Shown: in pieces, positions 56,657 to 64,000 of the stretch
How the letters are laid out: every line of letters begins with the position of its first letter
How positions within the stretch are numbered: position 1 is the stretch's first letter
Notes under the pieces: generated by a model
The model's database searches: none
The model's input: only the letters and a program-made list of their open reading frames with translations
What the model was told of the DNA's origin: nothing
From: Octopus sinensis
Lineage: Eukaryota
Direction of reading: 5' to 3'
Assembly: GCF_006345805.1 (NCBI RefSeq)
Contig: NC_043019.1
Span: forward strand, 26,225,360 to 26,289,359
DNA: 64,000 bases
Position numbers and translations under genes: made by a program

Positions 56657-57220
56657 TTAGCCAGCCATATCCAGCCCAAATATTCTACCTTGTTTTATGT
56701 TCAGTCTGGCCAGATCTGGCCTCCCACACATATCCTACATTGTCATTCTAAAAGTAAACAATAACATCTTCAAAATCTTAAAGCTACAAGACAATGTTTG
56801 ATTAAACTTTTAAACCAGCCATATCTAGCCCAAAAGTGCTATCTGTTTTATCTTCTGGCCAGCCAGATCCAGCTTATCACATCTACCCCTCTATGCTATA
56901 ACATTTACAGTCACTTCGTCATAATTTCAAAACTACAAAACAATGACTGATTAATTAAAAACAATGACTGAAAAGGAAGTACAGAATAATCTGAATGCTA
57001 AAGGGTGAAGCCATGTCAATATAAACAGCATCTGATAGTAAACCATCCATCTTTAGAAATTCTTGCCTATATCACACAGATACATAATGTAGTTCTTCAG
57101 CATTTAAACCAGCCATATCCAGCCAAAATATTGTTTTAGATTCAAATTAGCCTGATCTGGCTTCTCACACCTACCCTACAATGTCTTTCTAAAAATAAAC
57201 AACATTATCATCAAAATCTT
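56657..57220. mobile_element. Cluster of three same-orientation MITE family 1 fragments
   Basis: Repeated CCAGCCATATCCAGCCCAAA...CCTACAATGTC blocks. Confidence 0.6.
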
Positions 57221-58899
57221 AACCCATGTGAATACCATATTTGCCATAATATAAAATGCACCCTCGCATAAGACAAACCTCTACTTTTTTTGTGGACAAA
57301 AAAGAAAAATTCTACGTTTCATCATCCACTTGACATCCAGAATTCAGTCTCATTCAGCACACAGCAATTTTTCTTTTCATTTATCACATTTAATAATGAA
57401 AAAAAAAAAAAGGTGCAAATATATTAAATAAGCATTACATATGCCCAAGAAATCTGAATGCTTAAGTACTAGAGTACAAGCTAGAACTGACCAGATTTAG
57501 ACAACTCTACTAAACTATTAAAGAGACAAATCTGTCTCTACTAAAGCTAACATATCAAATTTCCAGAGTGTCTCTTTTACCTTGATTTTTTTTTTTTTTT
57601 TTTTTGTACTTCCTAAGTAGTTATTCAACCACTGGCAGTGTGGGTTTTTCCACGGAAGTTGACATCCACTGACAATGGTGTTCATAGTGTTGTTGAAACC
57701 ATTTGCAAATAGCTATGAATTACATATTCTAAATACTGCTGCTTCAGGACACAGATCACTATATAAATTAGTGTAAAGTCTATGCACCCTAGCCCACAGA
57801 AATGAATAACAAAAGTTCTATAATGTGTGGCTGCAGGGTGGGGAAGACAAAAGCAAAAAAGACAAAGTTTCATATATATATCATCATTTAGTGTCCGTTG
57901 TCCATGCTGGCATGGGTTGGACGGTTTGACCAAGGCTGGTAAGCTGAAAGGCTGCACCAGACTCCAGTCTGATTTGATATAGTTTTCTACAGTTGGATGT
58001 CCTTTCTGATGCCAACCACTCCGAAAGTGTAATGGGTGCTTTTACATGCCACCAGCATCTGCCACGACTGCAATTTTGCTCGGCTTGATGGGTCTTCTCA
58101 AGCACGAGATGTCAAAGGTCTTGGGCATTGCTTCCATGTGGCCCAACACTCAAAAAGTAACTCAGCCACTAGACACACAGAAGTTTTATTACATACTTTT
58201 GTTTGACCTTAAACTGTATTGCTTTCCTTTTTATTTTAATGAAACTAGAATTCTAAATCTATCAGTCCATCCTGGATTTTAGAGAAAACAATATCCTACA
58301 ATAATAAAATATCTTAACCAATCTCCTATGCAAAAGCTCTTTTGCCTAAAATAATTCCAAACATTTCTGGGTCCTAGAACTCTCAAAATAGAACAATATT
58401 GTCCCTTTTTATATGAACAGATTAAAGAAACTTAGTGTCATTTTTTATGGAAATGGAAAACCATGCATGTAGAAGACAGACACACATGATATGAAAACAC
58501 ACACACACACACACAAAGGCACAAACACACAAAAAGGCACAAACACATACACACAGCAAATCGTGAACACAAACATGATCATAATGTGAAATAGTCAAAC
58601 CATTCAAAGACAAAAGATATATGAAGACATTTAATAAGTGAGCATGCGCAAAAACAACCAACACACAGGGAAACAACACCTAAGACATATATACACATAT
58701 TTTGTGAACATCTAGATAAGTTTAGTAATCATCAACATGCCCCAGCATGGCCGCGGCCTCCGGGCTAAAACATTTTAAGGATTTAAGGATATATAATCCA
58801 ATTTGAATGTTATATTTTAAAATATATGTAGTGTATATAAGGTTTCTTCTCATAAATACATTAAGTAAACATCATACTTTCAGTTTTCTTTTGTAGTTG

Positions 58900-59500
58900 C
58901 ATATGAGTGGAATATTTTGACAAACAATAAGGAAATATGTAAACAGGACATGAAGGTCAAAAACGGATTTGAACTCTTCTGATACTACTTCAGACAATTC
59001 TGTCACATCACGTCATGATGTAGATTCAGGCTCTGTTCCTCTTAGATCTAAATTCAAGCAAACAACCTAGAATGACAGTTACGTACAACAATATATCAAA
59101 ACAGAAGAAATCTTCAAAAAGAACTTATTGCTACAAATAAGATGGAGCAACGAAACTAAATTCAAGCTAAGGTTTATCTGATGATCAACAGTTCTATTTA
59201 GTTCGGCAGACCGCTAATGAAGTCTGTGGCAAGAAAAAGACAAAATTAATAACCACATGATAATAGAATCATCTCAACCAATGGAAAGACCACTTTCAGA
59301 ATGTTCTTGGGAAAATTCCAATCATTACTGATAAACCTATACAAGCTATCATAAGCTATTAACTGAACATCAAAGTGGATAACGTTGCAGCAGCAGAACA
59401 GAAGTTTGGGCTAAAATGATAGGAAAAAAAAAAAACAAAGACCCTTGGACTGGACAACATATCCTCATGGCACCTGGAAAACTAGAATTTAATGACAATT
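58900..59500 (+). mobile_element. Decayed RTE-like LINE ORF2 fragment
   Basis: Broken frames give RQTANEVCGKKKT, NQWKDHFQNVLGKIPIITDKPIQ and GLDNI..WKT, resembling the RTE endonuclease-RT linker; stops and frameshifts. Confidence 0.6.
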
Positions 59501-60566
59501 TTCTCCATCTCCAATCAATGCACTGAAAGCTGTAATTATTCTTTCCTTTAAAAAAAAAGTGGGGAGTGACTTGAACTTACTGCAGAGATACAGAGATATT
59601 AGATTAGCAGCTAAGATCTGTAACATCACAATTATATCCAGCAAGAGGTTGGAATAAATTTTTCCATACAAAGTAGACTGAATTCAGAAAGAATTCCTCA
59701 ACCAGTAAAATATTCGCTTCAGATTTTGGCACAAGGCCAGCTCAACTGATACTTATTTCATTGACCTTGAAAGGACAAAAGGCAAAGTTAACTTCAGCAG
59801 AATTTGAACTCAAGAATGTAAAGACAGTCAAAAGGATTAGCAGTGTTTTGCCAGGCTAACTAACAATTCTGCCAGCTCACCACTCTTAAGAACTGGTAAA
59901 ATATTGACAGACAAATTATGTGTTACTCATAAGTTTCTCAAAATCAGTTTGAATTGCTTCACAGAACTTAAGATCCAACAAATTCTACCAAAATAAGGAA
60001 TCCTTAAGAAATACTAGATGCAAAAATGATGGTTAATAGAAAACAGTTGAAGTAAGGTGCATTTAACAGGTAGGGACAGAAGTTTTTGACATTCTTGGGG
60101 TTTTTACAAGGAGACATCCTAGCACCTTTTTTTTTTTTATTCATATTGTTTCAACTGTATCCTCTGCACTTCTATTGATAACAAAAATCAAAGAAATTCC
60201 TGACAACCAACTCCTACAATAACAGATGAAGATCATGCTGACGATAGTTCTAATGTCAGATATATTCTTCAGGAGTGTCTACCTCATTTCAAAGCCTGAA
60301 AGATGCCTTGAGAGATACTAACCAATGGTAACTCTAGAAAAACAAAATTCATCAGATGCAATCCCCTCATCGTTCAATAAAACTCATCAATTCTTTCAGA
60401 CACCTCAAGAGCAATGGAGCAGCTACAGAGGCAGATGTTAAGCTACAAATCAGCAAATTTTGCACCGCAGTGAAAAGGAATTCTCAACATAATATAGAAC
60501 ATCAAGACACACTTCTGACTTGTTACCAAATTTCTATTGATATACACTGGCTTTGCCGTAATGAAA

Positions 60567-61026
60567 TCTCTCTCTATATAAACGGCAGTTTGTCTGTCTG
60601 TGTGTGTGTCTGTCAGGTTGTATCTCACTCTGACCACGGCTTTCAACCGATTCTGATGAAACTTGACACACACATAGCCCAATGTCATAATTCAAAACTA
60701 ACACAGTGAAAATTTTGAAAAGTTCCCCCAGTTCTGAAAAAATCGATAAATTCGACATGGGGTCGAGAATCTAAGCTTTTTATATGCAACACATTTTCTG
60801 GGTTGTACGTGGGCTGTTCACGCGTTGGGAGGCGCAATGATGTTTTCATGTTTTCACCCAAAGGGACAGCTAGAAACATCGTATACACAGAAGTATTCGA
60901 GTGAAGAGAAGACATTGCAACCTACACATGCGCCTTCGTTCCCTAGAGGGAAAGGACTAGATTGGGATTAGTCGTTGCCTACTAGGGGCTCTTACATACC
61001 CGGGCAACGCCGGGCTATGCTGCTAG
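60567..61026 (+). mobile_element. Non-autonomous Helitron (about 460 bp, intact termini)
   Basis: 5' TC followed by TATATAAA and (GTCT)/(GT) repeats; 3' CCCGG-GCAACG-CCGGG hairpin 8 nt before terminal CTAG; inserted A|T with no TSD. Confidence 0.85.
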
Positions 61027-61749
61027 TTTGATGATAATGATGAATTTAGTAAAATAGCTGGCATTTCAAAACTGGTGTTTGGAACAGAATTTAACATGAA
61101 ATTTTGATGGAAAGTTTTAATCTCTCTCTCTGGCTTACCAGTTTTCAGTCAAACTGTCCAACCCATGCCAACATGGAAAGTGGATGTTAAATGATGATTT
61201 TAAACAGTAAGTTTCTATCAGTGAACTGGGATGGTAACAGTTATCTTTCGTCAACAAGGGAGCTTCTACATAGTCACTTAGCTTGATAGAAATAGTAACC
61301 AAATCTCCTTCAATACAAGTATAAGAGGGAACTATGAGGGACAATCCATTAGAAAAATGTAGAATTGCAAAAATAAAAAACAGAAACACGGTGATTATAT
61401 GTAAGATGTTAAGAGAAGCGGAATGAAAAAAGAAAAAAGAGAAAAGAGAGTGGGGTAAGCATACAGTTTACTACTGAGTTTTTTTTTTTTTTTTCATAGC
61501 CAGTGATGATAAATGGAGAATAATATAAAATTATTAAACACTACCACACGAGAACTAAGGAAAAATACTTGAACACATGTACACAGAAACACACACACCT
61601 AAATAACAAAGAACATAATATATTAAGTAAAATAGAAAGACCTTATACATAAAACACAGAGACACAGCCGGAGGAAAATAAGCAGCAGTGCAAATACACA
61701 ACACAGACATTGACAGATAAGGAATGGTGGTATGAGTATGAACACACAG

Positions 61750-62295
61750 GAGGGAGAGAAAGATGGGGAGAGAACGAGAGAAAAATGGGGAGAGGGGGAG
61801 AGAGAGGGAGAAAGAGAAAGAGAGGGAGAGAGAGGAGAGATAGGGAGGAGGAAGGGAGGGAGGGAGAAAGAGAGAGGGGGAGGAGAGAGCGAGAGAGAGA
61901 GGGCGGGAGAGGAGGAGAGAGAGAGATTGCAATGTTGAGGACTGTTTTTGTTGTGGACATTGTTGTCTTGGCTGTAGTTGGTGTTGATCTGCTGTCACTA
62001 TTGGATTGCATCCTTGTCAAGATGTTAATAGTTGATTCTAATTAATCACAAAATGAGAGAGGGATAGAAGAAAGGGAGAGGCAGAGAGAAAGCGGGACAA
62101 GGATATAGACAGAGAGGAATGAAGAGAAAGAGCAAGGATGGAGAGAGAGAGAAGTGAGGGAGAGACAGTGAGGGAGAGAGTGAGGGAGGGGGAAAGACAG
62201 TGAGGGAGAGGGAGTGAGGGAGAGGGAGAGACAGTGAGGGATGGAGAGAAAGAGAGAGAGAGCATGAGGGATGAGAGCAAGGGGAAGAGAGAGAT
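61750..62295. repeat. Two GA-rich polypurine tracts around a ~125-bp spacer
   Basis: Directly visible (about 61750-61926 and 62055-62295). Confidence 0.85.
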
Positions 62296-64000
62296 ATCCA
62301 AGCATCCTTTCATCAAAGGCTGGTATTAAGCCAGTGTTTTAAAATAAGGGATTTGTTGGCCGCTATAAATCAATCAGTCAGTCTTATTGATCAAATATAT
62401 TTATTTCCCAATGAGAGGTTCAAAAAGATACAAAACATTGACGGGTTGGTTTGTTCAAACAAACCCAAGATGACAGGAGCAAATATAATTGTCAGCAGGA
62501 CAGACACAATTCTATTCAGTCTGTTTTATTTTCGTGTTTTAACCAAATGACAAGAGTTTCAAATAAGAATCCTTCAACATTAATCAATCATTCACATTTT
62601 TTTAATAAGCAAAAGAAAATAAAAATCGATATTAATTTACAGATAAAAATTATCCCACGATGCTTCTTATACACTATTTGCAAACTGATTGATCCTCGTG
62701 ATGGCTGTGAATGATTTTTATAAAGAAGCAGGAAGATTCATTGACAACAGAAAATATATTAACAAAAACTGTAAATTATCTGATTCATCTCAATTGTAAC
62801 AGGAATAATTTGACAACAAAACCCAAGTCCTAAATCCTATTCAAGAGTCAAAGCAATACAAAAACATTAGGGCTTCAGACATCTTCAAGAACATTTTGGA
62901 TGAATGATTTCCCAACATGACATCGTTTAATGTTCACTTTCCCATGCTTGGATGGGCCCAACGGATTTGTTGCAGATTTTCTACAGATGGATGCCCTTCC
63001 TGCTGCCAATCCTCACCTGTTTACAAGTAAGGTAATGTTCCCTATGACTAGACAGGTCATCACAGTGGATTGGAAATGAAGAACACCACCTGTATGATGG
63101 TGACATTTGTTTACAATTATCACAAGGTCATGGCAATGAAACAATAACACACACCTATAAAAAGGCTTCTTTCAATTTCTGTCTACCAAATCCACTAACA
63201 CAGTTTTGCTCGGCCCAAGTAAAAGACACTTGCCTAAGTTACCACGCAGTGGGATTGAACCCTAGACCATGTGGTTGGTATGCTTACTTCTTACAACACA
63301 GTTATGCCAGCATCTATAATTACAATGTTAGGCTATCACTCAACAGTTTATACTACCAATGTGCTAAATCTCCAACATGCCAAGCGCTTTGTTAACGTGC
63401 TGAGCCCAAATCAATGGGCAAGACCTCCACAACCTCAGATGAGTACCCAAGCATCGGTTGTACACATTCAACACCTGTACTGGTACCATGTATGAAGCAC
63501 CCATGCTAGTGCCATGCATGAAGCACCCAGTACACTGTGAAATAGTTGGCATTAAGAAGGGCATCCAGCTGTAGAAACCATGCCAAAACAAACAGGAGCC
63601 TGGCAGCTCTCCAGCTTGCCAACTCCTGTCAAACCATCTGACCCATACCGGCACAGAAAGTAGGGGTTAAATTATGATGACACAATATCACAATTTCATC
63701 AGATGAGACACCAATCAACAAACCAGCTATTGACTTAAAGCAAAAGTCCTTTCCAAAAACTATCAACTCACCATGTTTATCCCCTTATATAATCTCATGA
63801 AAATAAGCTTTTTTGTGTTTCACTTAAATTCTAAATTAATCAAAAACACAGATTGGTTTTGTTGTTGAGTTAATAAATAAATGTAGTGTTCAAAACAAAC
63901 AGTTATTACATAACTTGTATTTATTTAAGTTGTATTTATGTCTCAAAACTACAGGTAAATTCAGTGAAATGTAAAATTAAATTTTGTAATAATGTCTCAA

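Noticed and set aside
61555-62316. Overlapping ORFs rich in S/L or E/R/G
   Set aside because: Artefacts of the GA/CT low-complexity tracts.

Overview
AT-rich animal genomic DNA, most likely an octopus (inferred from the SINE/MITE repertoire). The window holds the 5' half of one large gene on the minus strand, the HECT E3 ubiquitin ligase HUWE1 (MULE/ARF-BP1/Tom1 family). I traced 45 consecutive coding exons by hand from 54317 down to 1440: 6856 nt, about 2285 codons, all GT-AG, with consistent phase throughout. They encode the N-terminal armadillo-like region (DUF908/DUF913), UBA, UIM, WWE and the region after it. The start-codon exon was not found and probably lies beyond 64000; the HECT-coding exons lie before position 1. 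The introns are packed with tRNA-derived SINEs that mix heads and tails, a (GAT)n-tailed VNTR-bearing retro-element, RTE LINE fragments, TTAA-specific piggyBac-like MITEs (one nested in an older inverted copy), Tc1/pogo-like and hAT-like MITEs, an intact non-autonomous Helitron, a Helentron-type HINE, a 21-bp minisatellite and a 368-bp local duplication. I see no new protein-coding system. The best leads are RNA-level: inverted repeats that could form ADAR or back-splicing substrates (one brackets an in-frame 960-nt exon block), in-frame alternative donors, and codons that A-to-I editing could restore to the vertebrate residue. Comparisons with human HUWE1 are from recall and need an alignment.
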